From: a virus
Length of the DNA: 64,000 bases
Virus record (IMG/VR): IMGVR_UViG_3300044615_001997
Reading direction: 5' to 3' (one strand)
Positions 28,235-37,123 of the stretch are shown here, one piece after another; within the stretch, counting starts at the first letter, position 1, and each line of letters opens with the position of its first letter. Both the position numbers and the translations under genes were made by a program. The notes beneath the pieces were generated by a model. That model was not told the DNA's origin. It saw nothing but the letters and a program-made list of their open reading frames with translations, and did no database searches.

Positions 28235-28723
28235 ATGAACAAAGAATCAGAACTTATATTGTTAGAGAAGTATCCAAAGATCCTAAGAGACTACGGTGGG
28301 GACATGAAGCAAACCTGTATGGCTTGGGGAATGGAATGTGGGGACGGTTGGTATAAACTGTTGGATGAAGGCATGGAAAAAATACAGTATTTCTGCGACC
28401 TCTGTCCATCAGGTATACAATTAGTAGCCGACCAAATTAAAGAAAAATACGGAACATTGCGGTTTTACTATCATCTAGAAAATGCCGAGAACAAAGTCGA
28501 ATCTTCTATATTGGATGGCATAGTTTCTCAAATGGAAAGTCAGTCTTCTATTACTTGTGAAATTACAGGAAACCACGGCACCTTGTGTGCCCGAGGTGGA
28601 TGGCTTTCGACGCGATGCCATGAAGAAGCCAGAAAGTCTGGCTATATGGCTACCAATGAAGGAGTGGAAGAATACTGGAAAGATTTAGATAAAAAGGCGG
28701 AAAAAATTTCTAGCGCAAGCTAG
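28235..28723 (+). CDS. conserved phage hypothetical protein (QIKEKYGTLRFY type)
   Basis: ECGDGWY..L, QIKEKYGTLRFY and CEITG..G motifs. Confidence 0.65.
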   Translation: MNKESELILLEKYPKILRDYGGDMKQTCMAWGMECGDGWYKLLDEGMEKIQYFCDLCPSGIQLVADQIKEKYGTLRFYYHLENAENKVESSILDGIVSQMESQSSITCEITGNHGTLCARGGWLSTRCHEEARKSGYMATNEGVEEYWKDLDKKAEKISSAS

Positions 28724-28730
28724 TACGTGA

Positions 28731-28878
28731 GGGACACGCTACACCCCTGTAGTCCCGCAGCAGACGAATTGTGAGGCAATAATCCTCGGCTGTAAATCTT
28801 CTTTTGTGACTAGTGCGTAGAGAGAGTCTACGACGAGCCTAAACCTTAATTAAAAAAGTTAAAGTTGGTTTGTTTGCT
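28731..28878 (+). ncRNA. putative structured intergenic RNA
   Basis: 12-bp G-U-rich helix 28759-70/28867-78 enclosing GAGG/CCTC and CGTAGA/TCTACG hairpins. Upstream GGGAC..TACA/TGTAGTCCC hairpin. Confidence 0.4.
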
Positions 28879-28922
28879 ACGGCTATATAAACACACATTA
28901 GAAGTACCTACACAAAAATATT

Positions 28923-29315
28923 ATGGGACTAGACATGTTTGCATATAGTGTGTCTCCTGAAGACGCACTCACACCATTTAAAATCAAAAAAGAGGCTAAC
29001 CGTGAAGAAATCCACTATTGGAGAAAGCATCACGACCTGCATGGTTGGATGGAGAACCTTTGGAAAGATAAATTAAGTTTTTCTAAAAATCTACCTAAAA
29101 AGCAGTTTAATTGTCAGCCGATAGCTTTGAGCTTAACTGACCTGGAAGAGTTGGAAAAGGCTTTGTATGAGGGCGACTTACCAGAGACCACAGGATTTTT
29201 CTTCGGGAATAATCCTCCAGATGAAGAAACTAGAAAAGACGACATGGAGTTTATACGAAAAGCGCGTGAAGAAATTGAGAAGGGTAGAGTTGTTTATTAC
29301 GACTCTTGGTGGTAG
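28923..29315 (+). CDS. conserved phage hypothetical protein (MGLDM...YWRK...YDSWW type)
   Basis: MGLDMFAY, YWRKHHDLHGWM, LPETTGFFFG and YYDSWW motifs. Confidence 0.7.
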   Translation: MGLDMFAYSVSPEDALTPFKIKKEANREEIHYWRKHHDLHGWMENLWKDKLSFSKNLPKKQFNCQPIALSLTDLEELEKALYEGDLPETTGFFFGNNPPDEETRKDDMEFIRKAREEIEKGRVVYYDSWW

Positions 29316-29321
29316 AAAATT

Positions 29322-29546
29322 ATGAATCCGTTACAAATATTAAGCAAAGAAGAACGTGTAGCACTTTTTTATGAGAGTCTACAGTTAGTTAGTAATGATG
29401 AAGATATTAACGATTTAATATCTGGTGAAAAGATAACCAGTATTTTGGAAGGACTGGAAAACAAGAAATTAGTTCCTCCTGACTTGGGCGGTTGCTGGAA
29501 ATTAACCTCTAGAGCCTGCAAAAAACTATCTGTTTTTTATAGCTAG
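29322..29546 (+). CDS. hypothetical protein (possible winged helix)
   Basis: 74 aa. LEGLENKKLV......WKLTSRA resembles a wHTH C-terminus. Confidence 0.45.
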   Translation: MNPLQILSKEERVALFYESLQLVSNDEDINDLISGEKITSILEGLENKKLVPPDLGGCWKLTSRACKKLSVFYS

Positions 29547-29553
29547 ATAGGTT

Positions 29554-30855
29554 TCAGGAGCCTACCTCTTTATCGGGGGTAGGCTCCTCAGGAACTACTT
29601 GTACTTTATACGAGGTGAGCTGGATCATGCTTAGGAGCTGCTTCACATATTTTTCATTGATAAAAGGTATACCTATACCTAACTTCAAAAATTGTGTTCT
29701 TACTCCCTTAGCAAATAAATAAGAGCTGGTAAAATATTTATCATTCATTTCAAATGGAATGAACGATTCATTGTGGTGTATAAATCCACACCAAAAGAAG
29801 TCATCGCCACGCTTACGTATCTCTTTTATGTCTAGGGCAAAATTAGTGAGTTGTTCTTCTTCACGAGCTTTGATAAGAAAGTAGGAAGTTCCTCTACGAA
29901 CAAAAGTTTTATTGTGAACAGTAAACTGTTGTTCTTTGGCTTCTATCCAATACGACATTAACTTTTTATCTGTTCTTTTTTCTAGCTCTTGTATTTGTTG
30001 GTGGGTAAGACTGGCTACATGATGCTCTACACTGGCATTTCCCTCCATACCGATAAGTCTATCTACAGGATCATCTTGAAACTTACTTCTTTTTACTTCG
30101 CTCCATATCTGAATAAGCTGATTCGTGTCAACACCTTCAGATAACTTGACAGCGTTTTCCAGCCAAAAGTCAGCTTTGTAATTCCAGGTAAAGGCGGGTT
30201 TAATTTTTAGCTCATTGAAGTCTCTAGCTACTTCGGTATCGATTTTTCCATACCAACCCATTTCACCGTTTACGTAAATTTTTTCTCGCTCATTAGGTGC
30301 CTGGAATTTAGCTAATTCAAGTGAACAGATATGTTTAGGTGTGCAAAATGTAGGTATAACTAATACTTTTTTATATTTATGTTTTGCTCCTAGGTTTAGT
30401 TTAGGAAAAGCTTTCACGACATTTTCCGTTAGATAACCTATTTCATTTTCTAGGAATCCCGGCATTCCAGCAGCCATTAAGATATCTTTAAAATACATTA
30501 CTTTTTCTCCATGTCTTGCACGATGTTTAGCTACTTCTTGTTTTGACAGGACCCACGCACTTTGATATTGCATGTGTAAATACTGATTTTTAAATAACGA
30601 TTTTTCGGCATAGTCAGACCTGGGGAGATTAAAGTCTAGACAATCGTCGAATTCGTTGAGAATTTTTGAATACAGAGTTTTCCATTCCTCGGTTTCAAAA
30701 AAATCAAAAATGTTTCCTATGAAATTGCCTTTTTTAGCTTTGGCATACCACCCAAAAATCGGCATTCTTACGAAATTAAAATCATTTACTTTTAACCCCA
30801 GTTTTGATACTACTTTAGGAAGGTTAACTTTTGAATTGAAGTCGTTTATATTCAT
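29554..30855 (-). CDS. hypothetical protein, weak degenerate primase-like features
   Basis: 433-aa ORF filling the gap exactly. KVNLPKVVSKLGL...GNIFDFF N-terminus and EQLTNFALDIKEI C-terminal segment. Confidence 0.55.
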   Translation of the reverse strand: MNINDFNSKVNLPKVVSKLGLKVNDFNFVRMPIFGWYAKAKKGNFIGNIFDFFETEEWKTLYSKILNEFDDCLDFNLPRSDYAEKSLFKNQYLHMQYQSAWVLSKQEVAKHRARHGEKVMYFKDILMAAGMPGFLENEIGYLTENVVKAFPKLNLGAKHKYKKVLVIPTFCTPKHICSLELAKFQAPNEREKIYVNGEMGWYGKIDTEVARDFNELKIKPAFTWNYKADFWLENAVKLSEGVDTNQLIQIWSEVKRSKFQDDPVDRLIGMEGNASVEHHVASLTHQQIQELEKRTDKKLMSYWIEAKEQQFTVHNKTFVRRGTSYFLIKAREEEQLTNFALDIKEIRKRGDDFFWCGFIHHNESFIPFEMNDKYFTSSYLFAKGVRTQFLKLGIGIPFINEKYVKQLLSMIQLTSYKVQVVPEEPTPDKEVGS

Positions 30856-30880
30856 GGTTAAAATTAGACAAAATACTATT

Positions 30881-31924
30881 ATGAATTCATTTGATCAATC
30901 TACAGATTACTCTAAAAAAGAACTTTATACTCTACTACGTGACGCAGATTTACCAGAGTATGTAAAAACTGCGGAAGTTGATGATTACGATCAACTTGCG
31001 AGTTTGCCAAAACAAGCTTTTGCTGACAGCAATCGTAAAATTTACCCAATAAATGATCCATCCCGTGTTTATATTTCTAATGCTTATTTCACCAGCAAAA
31101 AAGCAGATATACAGAAAATATACGGAGATAAGTACGCCAGTCAAATAGAAAATCGTATTAAAGAAGCTGCCGAGATATTTGGAATCGCTGAAGATTTAGA
31201 AGCTTATTCACAATCTCACGAGAAAAAAGCTTCCGAAGATTATGAGCAGCAATATTTAGGTGAGTTTGTTGTGGCGGGAAGTGATGTAAATCTCTATCCA
31301 GTTAAAACAGCTCAAGACGTTATTGACAATGCTGAGCACTTTGTAAAAAATATAAATAATTATCCTTTTGATTGGAGAGCTAAGATAGCTGGCGAGATAG
31401 TTAAAATTGCCGGTCAAAAGGGTGTAGATGAGCTTCCTGATCTCGTATTGAAATACGCAGGTTATTTCTACCCAGATTTTGAAAATCTCGAAACCGAGGT
31501 CTGGCGTCGTAGCACTAAGCTCAAAAAAGAAGCAAGTGTGGATGCCTATAACAAATTAAAAGAAGACGTTAAAAATATTTCTTCCGTTGATGAAGTGATG
31601 AAGTTGGCTGAAACACTCTATCTCATTGAGAATATGGAGGGACTCTATGATAACGTTAAAGTTGCAGGTGTTTTGGGTGACCCTGTGGATAAAATTTTTA
31701 CAAAGAGTATTGAGAAGGTCGCCGAAGACCTGAGCTTCATCGAAGCCCATGGAGATAAATATGCTGTGGAAGATCTACAAAAAGTCAGCAAGGACAAATA
31801 CCAAGAAGCTTTTGGATTTGATCTTGATCCTGCCGACTTAGAGAAGTTTGCTGACGTATTTCCTACAATGCCACGTTCAGACATTAAGCTGTTCGAGGAA
31901 CTTGCAGGAGTTAAACCCATCTAA
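30881..31924 (+). CDS. K-x-A motif-rich protein, putative virion/head-associated
   Basis: ATG 30881 preferred (347 aa). 16 K-x-A tripeptides. Followed by a strong terminator. Confidence 0.6.
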   Translation: MNSFDQSTDYSKKELYTLLRDADLPEYVKTAEVDDYDQLASLPKQAFADSNRKIYPINDPSRVYISNAYFTSKKADIQKIYGDKYASQIENRIKEAAEIFGIAEDLEAYSQSHEKKASEDYEQQYLGEFVVAGSDVNLYPVKTAQDVIDNAEHFVKNINNYPFDWRAKIAGEIVKIAGQKGVDELPDLVLKYAGYFYPDFENLETEVWRRSTKLKKEASVDAYNKLKEDVKNISSVDEVMKLAETLYLIENMEGLYDNVKVAGVLGDPVDKIFTKSIEKVAEDLSFIEAHGDKYAVEDLQKVSKDKYQEAFGFDLDPADLEKFADVFPTMPRSDIKLFEELAGVKPI

Positions 31925-31951
31925 CCTTAACTAAAATTAATTAAATCACAA

Positions 31952-31983
31952 AACCCGTCTGGAAACAGGCGGGTTCTTTTTTT
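31952..31983 (+). terminator. intrinsic terminator
   Basis: AACCCGTCTG-GAAA-CAGGCGGGTT followed by CTTTTTTT. Confidence 0.85.
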
Positions 31984-32439
31984 ATGCACATGCCATTATA
32001 TAAAATGTACTGGAAACGAGTTGGGCACGTTAAACGCTCAAGACTACCCGAAGCAGTGACTTGTCCTGTAGAATATGATGCCTGGGAACTTTTAAAAGCA
32101 CAAGCGCTGCACGACGGTTATCAATATGTTGTATTTTGTAAACCTAGATTGACAGAGCATACTTACTTTAATATTTATTGTAACCTTTATTATAGAAGGG
32201 AACAACCTAGAGAGAATTTTGACGGAACCCGTCGATATTGGGATTATATTTTCTTTAAATTTAAATACCCAAATTTAAAGCCGGAAGCGTTAGCAAATAA
32301 ATCAGAGTATCAGCAGGAGACAATTTTAGAAAACAGCGTACATGATTTCAGTGGAATACCTTACGCACATTTCAACAATATCTCCAAGATAACTGAAGCT
32401 ATATTTCGTTACGGAAGCGAATATTTTACCATAAGATGA
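31984..32439 (+). CDS. hypothetical protein
   Basis: 151-aa ORF with an ATGA overlap to the next gene. Confidence 0.5.
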   Translation: MHMPLYKMYWKRVGHVKRSRLPEAVTCPVEYDAWELLKAQALHDGYQYVVFCKPRLTEHTYFNIYCNLYYRREQPRENFDGTRRYWDYIFFKFKYPNLKPEALANKSEYQQETILENSVHDFSGIPYAHFNNISKITEAIFRYGSEYFTIR

Positions 32440-32846
32440 ATAGATTTGAAAAATTGGTAGAGTTGGCTAAAGCGATTCAGCCGGACGTTATTGTTAATAA
32501 CTTCCATGTGTCTTTTGTCCTGTATAAAGGCAGAATAGTATCTGTAGGTATAAACAGTAAAAAGACACACCCACTCAATTTAAAATATCCAAAAATAAGC
32601 AGGGAGGGTGTAAATGTGAGTCCACATAAATTTACATGCTCTGAATTGAATGCGTTCGTTAAGTTGAAAAATTTAACGAACGTACCATTCAATAAATGCT
32701 CTGTTGTAAATGTAAGAATTTTAAAAAATGGAGATCTAGGTTATTCTGCTCCTTGCCAAAGCTGCAAATCACTGATATCTTATCTAGATATTAAAGAATT
32801 ATATTACACAGATTTTACTGGAAAATTTATCAAATATAGCAGATAG
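32436..32846 (+). CDS. zinc-dependent cytidine/dCMP deaminase-family protein
   Basis: H.SFVLYKGRIVSVGIN, C-S-E in place of H/C-A-E, and SAPCQSC (PCxxC). Confidence 0.7.
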   Translation: MNRFEKLVELAKAIQPDVIVNNFHVSFVLYKGRIVSVGINSKKTHPLNLKYPKISREGVNVSPHKFTCSELNAFVKLKNLTNVPFNKCSVVNVRILKNGDLGYSAPCQSCKSLISYLDIKELYYTDFTGKFIKYSR

Positions 32847-32853
32847 TATTGAT

Positions 32854-33411
32854 ATGAAGACAGATATACAAATCTTAAAAGATGAAGATGCGCCAGTGGC
32901 GGCCCTTTTATCTGTTGTGATAAAAAAATATGGGGTAGAGTGCTTTGAATGGGAATCAGTAATTTTAAGAAATGAAATTGAAACTGATTTTGATTTTGAG
33001 TTAACAGATTTACAGTCAGACAAAATACAGGCAGGGATTACCGTGTTAACTACCGACATGTATGAAAGCGATATAAGAACTTTCGAGGTTTGTACAAGAC
33101 TGTTTAATTCCGCTGCACAAGATTTCGAAGACTTTGAACCTTTAGAGGCGGAAGAGTTGATTTCTGGTATGACTGAAGTTATGTTGCTGAAAATGGAAAA
33201 CTTAGATTTTACTCCAGATGTGAATGCCTACGCTGGCGAAGTGTTTTTTAACTACGGTTTCTGTAAAGCTCCTAAACTGTTTCCTACAGCCATAATACCT
33301 GATGGAAAACCTGTTACGTGCGACGACTCAGAAAAAAACGAAGCTCTCCAAGAAATCTTTGACGAGAGAATAAAAACAGTTAAAGATTTCTTGGACAAAA
33401 TGATAAGCTAA
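32854..33411 (+). CDS. hypothetical protein (acidic)
   Basis: 185-aa ORF. Confidence 0.6.
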   Translation: MKTDIQILKDEDAPVAALLSVVIKKYGVECFEWESVILRNEIETDFDFELTDLQSDKIQAGITVLTTDMYESDIRTFEVCTRLFNSAAQDFEDFEPLEAEELISGMTEVMLLKMENLDFTPDVNAYAGEVFFNYGFCKAPKLFPTAIIPDGKPVTCDDSEKNEALQEIFDERIKTVKDFLDKMIS

Positions 33412-33413
33412 CT

Positions 33414-34577
33414 ATGGATAATTTATTGCCAGCCGAGCGTAGTTATGTTGGGATGTTTGAAAAACCTTCTGGTCTGGCGCATCTCAAAATAGAGTATTTG
33501 TATAATTTAATTTTTGGAAAATTACCGTCTCGTCTATATATACAAGATCCATTAGACATATTAAAAACATTGGCGTACATCCAGGAAAATTTTGAAAAAT
33601 TGTCCGTGGATTACGCTTTTAGAAATAGTAATTTACACGAAACAGCTTTTTGGAGAGGTTTAGGTAAATACGAAGATGTTGTGCTGGAGGTAACCGAAGC
33701 CAAGCATACAAAGTTTGGGGATCATTTATCCGAGCTAGTAGACGAGATCTATGGAGACGTCGGAGAAACTACCGAGCTGACTAAGAATGAGATTACTACG
33801 TGCAAGGTAAATTTAGCTTCATCAAGTCCAGAAAAGTTAAAAGAGCTATGCTCAGAATTTGCTAAATATACTTCTAAAAAAGCTTCTAAGATACATTTAT
33901 TAACAAACAGTTATGGTGATGTTGTTTTACAGCCTATAGATATAACACCTTCTACTGTCGACCTAGAATTAAATTATGGTAAAAAATTTGTAGAGATACA
34001 TGACCAAATTATAAACTCTTTGAGTAACAAACTTTCCGGGTTATATTTGTTTTACGGTGATCCGGGAACTGGTAAATCTTCTTACATTAAATATCTTTTA
34101 AACTCGGTAACTTCGCGAAAAATTGTGTATGTTCCGATTAATCTTATAGATAGTTTAATTTCTCCGGACTTTCTTCCACTATTAATATCAAATAGAAATT
34201 TAATACTTGTGATAGAGGACGCTGAAAAGGCTCTTCTTTCGCGCGAAGAAAACACAGGCAATTCTTCCATTGTCTCAGCTATACTAAATTTAACAGACAG
34301 CTTTATTGGAAATGCGTTGAATGTAACGATTATAGCTACATTTAACACTAAAAAAGACAATATCGATAAAGCTCTTTTGAGAAAGGGTAGGCTCAAGTTA
34401 AGTCATGAGTTTAAAAAATTAGAAATAGCAGAAGCTCAAAAATTAATAAATTCATTAAACTTTGAGCATACAGTTGAAGAGCCTATGAGCTTGGCTGAGA
34501 TTTATTATCTATACGAAGATAACAAATTTAAGGAAGAGCGCGATAAAGATCGTATTATTGGATTTGGGAAGGCTTAG
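33414..34577 (+). CDS. AAA+ ATPase
   Basis: Walker A GDPGTGKS, Walker B LVIEDAE, SRH ATFN...IDKALLRKGRL. Confidence 0.85.
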   Translation: MDNLLPAERSYVGMFEKPSGLAHLKIEYLYNLIFGKLPSRLYIQDPLDILKTLAYIQENFEKLSVDYAFRNSNLHETAFWRGLGKYEDVVLEVTEAKHTKFGDHLSELVDEIYGDVGETTELTKNEITTCKVNLASSSPEKLKELCSEFAKYTSKKASKIHLLTNSYGDVVLQPIDITPSTVDLELNYGKKFVEIHDQIINSLSNKLSGLYLFYGDPGTGKSSYIKYLLNSVTSRKIVYVPINLIDSLISPDFLPLLISNRNLILVIEDAEKALLSREENTGNSSIVSAILNLTDSFIGNALNVTIIATFNTKKDNIDKALLRKGRLKLSHEFKKLEIAEAQKLINSLNFEHTVEEPMSLAEIYYLYEDNKFKEERDKDRIIGFGKA

Positions 34578-36274
34578 TCTTCCCTGGCACTTGAGCTAGG
34601 TCCCAATAAACCGACGTCTCCTATAGCCATATAGGCTGAACAAGCGGCATATACAAGGCTGTGCATGGCGTCATCGGGTTGATTGTCGTTATGTGTATAG
34701 AACATTTCTTGACCGTAAAGACCATCTTTCACTTCGATATATACATTTAAAAGATCTTGCATATAGTCAGAAACATCTTCCCAGGCAGGAAAGTGGATCT
34801 TTCCTTCTTTAATTTGACGAATAATGAGAGATATTACATCTGAGCGATGCAGAATCCACCTATTCTGTCTCCAGTCGTAATCTCCTTGATCGTAGTATTG
34901 TATAACTTTAGATCTGCGATAAGCAGCTAATTGTGATCTTGTAGGACTTGTGAGTTCGCACAGCTTAATTCCACGTATAGGATCAGGACCAGAGTCACAA
35001 ACACAGTAGGCATTTAAACCGTTAGCAATGTCAGCTATTTGGCGTATATGCGCTTCGTGGTCAAATCCACGAAATATTTTTGTATAAACCACATCAAAAG
35101 TTCCGTCGTTTTTTATACCTCCAACCGTCATCACGGTTCGGCTTTGAACCATTGACACACCCCAGTCAACACCTACAGTATAAATTTTATATTTTAATTT
35201 ATTATCATCCACTATACGCATTTTACTTGAAGCATTTTCCATTCTACCTAATGTGCAGACTTTACGTAATTCTTCTTCGGTGATTGGTTTTGTTCCTATA
35301 TCAAAACTTAAACCAAAAACCTCATTCATTATTTTTTTCTGGTCATATTTACCACTAGTACATTTTATATAAATTTCTTTCCATTCTTTTTCAGTCTCGT
35401 TAAAAAACGGTAATATGGGTTGAGCTAAATGATACCCAGCCATTAAATAGTTTTTTGGATTACCTGCCGCCCATTCTCCAGAACGAGCATTTAACTTTTT
35501 AGAGCATTTAGAACAACTTAAACCATGAGACATGATCATTTTCATAGGCTCGTTGCCTTCGGTCAAGCTGTTCCAATGCCCACATCCACACCTCATCATC
35601 CATTCCAACTGACTACTCGTTTTCCACAGACTGTGTATAGTATTAGTGCTGTCTAATGGAGTTCCTGCAAATATTTCACGTTTATACGGAGACAATGCCA
35701 TTGTTTCTTGGATAATCGGTATTTGATCATAATTGATATCTTGAACTTCATCGTAAACAATACAATCAACCGCAGGTCCACGAACACGTGTAGCATCATC
35801 TTTTACATATCTAAACAATATACTACTTCTTGTGTCGCCCATTATTTTCTCAAATACATCATTCTTAGCCCAGCCTTTCACCAACATTTTTTTAACCTTA
35901 GGGCTATCAAATCTAGGTGGAAGATAATTACTCGAAAAATATTTTACCGTTAATTCCTGAGGGCCGACATAGAGCATCTTATAATAGTTCCAACGAATCA
36001 AATTCAAACACACAAAGTTACTGAGCAGCGTACTCTTTAAAGTTTTACGGCTGCATTTTAACAGTAATTTTTGAGGCATGTGGTCATACACATGTTTCAG
36101 CATCGGGAAGTCAGTTAAAACCTGAAGCCGCCCCTCATTATCAAACAAATAGTTCTCGACAAAATGAGAGGGAGGAAGTACCGAAAACATCAATTGTCGG
36201 GCTCGAAAAGCTGACTCCTTATTTCCGGAGTTCAAAAGCTTTTCAACAGTATCTTTGATTTCTATATGGGACAT
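34574..36274 (-). CDS. terL: terminase large subunit (GpA-like)
   Basis: LKCSRKTLKST Walker A variant, RVRG...IVYDEVQD Walker B, AGTP motif, CGC...CSKC zinc knuckle, nuclease VGVDWG and PDDAMHS. Confidence 0.8.
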   Translation of the reverse strand: MSHIEIKDTVEKLLNSGNKESAFRARQLMFSVLPPSHFVENYLFDNEGRLQVLTDFPMLKHVYDHMPQKLLLKCSRKTLKSTLLSNFVCLNLIRWNYYKMLYVGPQELTVKYFSSNYLPPRFDSPKVKKMLVKGWAKNDVFEKIMGDTRSSILFRYVKDDATRVRGPAVDCIVYDEVQDINYDQIPIIQETMALSPYKREIFAGTPLDSTNTIHSLWKTSSQLEWMMRCGCGHWNSLTEGNEPMKMIMSHGLSCSKCSKKLNARSGEWAAGNPKNYLMAGYHLAQPILPFFNETEKEWKEIYIKCTSGKYDQKKIMNEVFGLSFDIGTKPITEEELRKVCTLGRMENASSKMRIVDDNKLKYKIYTVGVDWGVSMVQSRTVMTVGGIKNDGTFDVVYTKIFRGFDHEAHIRQIADIANGLNAYCVCDSGPDPIRGIKLCELTSPTRSQLAAYRRSKVIQYYDQGDYDWRQNRWILHRSDVISLIIRQIKEGKIHFPAWEDVSDYMQDLLNVYIEVKDGLYGQEMFYTHNDNQPDDAMHSLVYAACSAYMAIGDVGLLGPSSSARED

Positions 36275-36441
36275 CGCTCGAAAAAAAGAGTAAAGAAAAA
36301 ATTAAAGTATGGTAATAACTTAGTATATATGTATGATTATGCAAATAATTCTTTAGGTGTATTATTTGATACCATATATAAAAACTTACCTAATTGCAAA
36401 AAGTATTATCGCGTTTATAAGTCTTAATGTATAATAGATGC

Positions 36442-36702
36442 ATGAGTAAAACAACAAGGTTTTATAGCGTTCGAGACAGACTTAATCGTTACAGAAAAAC
36501 AATTAAGGATATCTTTCGCAGCAGTTATTATACGGAAAGCAGTAGATCACACAAACGTAAAATTATAGCCGAAGATCGAATCAATACTATTGATGCTATA
36601 CAAAAAAAAGATGATAAATTGCAAGGAGCAGGAAATGTTGTCCTTCCCTTATCGTCTGAAGCTAAAATGCATGTACATCACCGGTTAGATCGTCCAAGCT
36701 AA
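36442..36702 (+). CDS. hypothetical basic protein
   Basis: ORF divergent from the terminase. Start 36427 or 36442. Confidence 0.45.
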   Translation: MSKTTRFYSVRDRLNRYRKTIKDIFRSSYYTESSRSHKRKIIAEDRINTIDAIQKKDDKLQGAGNVVLPLSSEAKMHVHHRLDRPS

Positions 36703-36709
36703 AGTTAAA

Positions 36710-37123
36710 ATGCCTAGACATTTATCTGTAAAAAAATCACATATTATATCGGCACCTAAGAAAAGAAGAGGAAGACCTCCTAAAATAAATAAAACAACTT
36801 CTTTTGCACCTGAAGTTAGTTCTGTGGTAAAAAGACGAGGTAGACCTCCTAAGATTAAAACCACAGATCTTCCTAAGAAAAAAGAAGTCGTTGTAGAACA
36901 AAAAACTCCTCAAGAAAAATTGATGGAGGGACATTGTTTTTATCCAGCTGCACAGTGGATAGAAAATAACATAGATCATATGGAGGAAGCCTACCTCCGT
37001 AAGATAGCAAGAAAACACGGATTGACCATGATGCAGGCCATAATGGACCACATGCTTGGTTATTTTTCTATCAGAGGTTCTGAATTAGGAAAAGCAATCA
37101 GAGAATCTAGAAAACACACATAA
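36710..37123 (+). CDS. AT-hook DNA-binding protein
   Basis: Two KRRGRPPKI motifs. Confidence 0.6.
   Translation: MPRHLSVKKSHIISAPKKRRGRPPKINKTTSFAPEVSSVVKRRGRPPKIKTTDLPKKKEVVVEQKTPQEKLMEGHCFYPAAQWIENNIDHMEEAYLRKIARKHGLTMMQAIMDHMLGYFSIRGSELGKAIRESRKHT

Noticed and set aside
30656-30880. N-terminal extension of the 422-aa ORF
   Set aside because: Overlaps the minus-strand 433-aa gene by 200 nt and starts at TTG. ATG 30881 is more plausible.
35080-35953. Plus-strand ORFs 35080-35283 and 35708-35953
   Set aside because: Shadows inside the minus-strand terminase gene with non-ATG starts.
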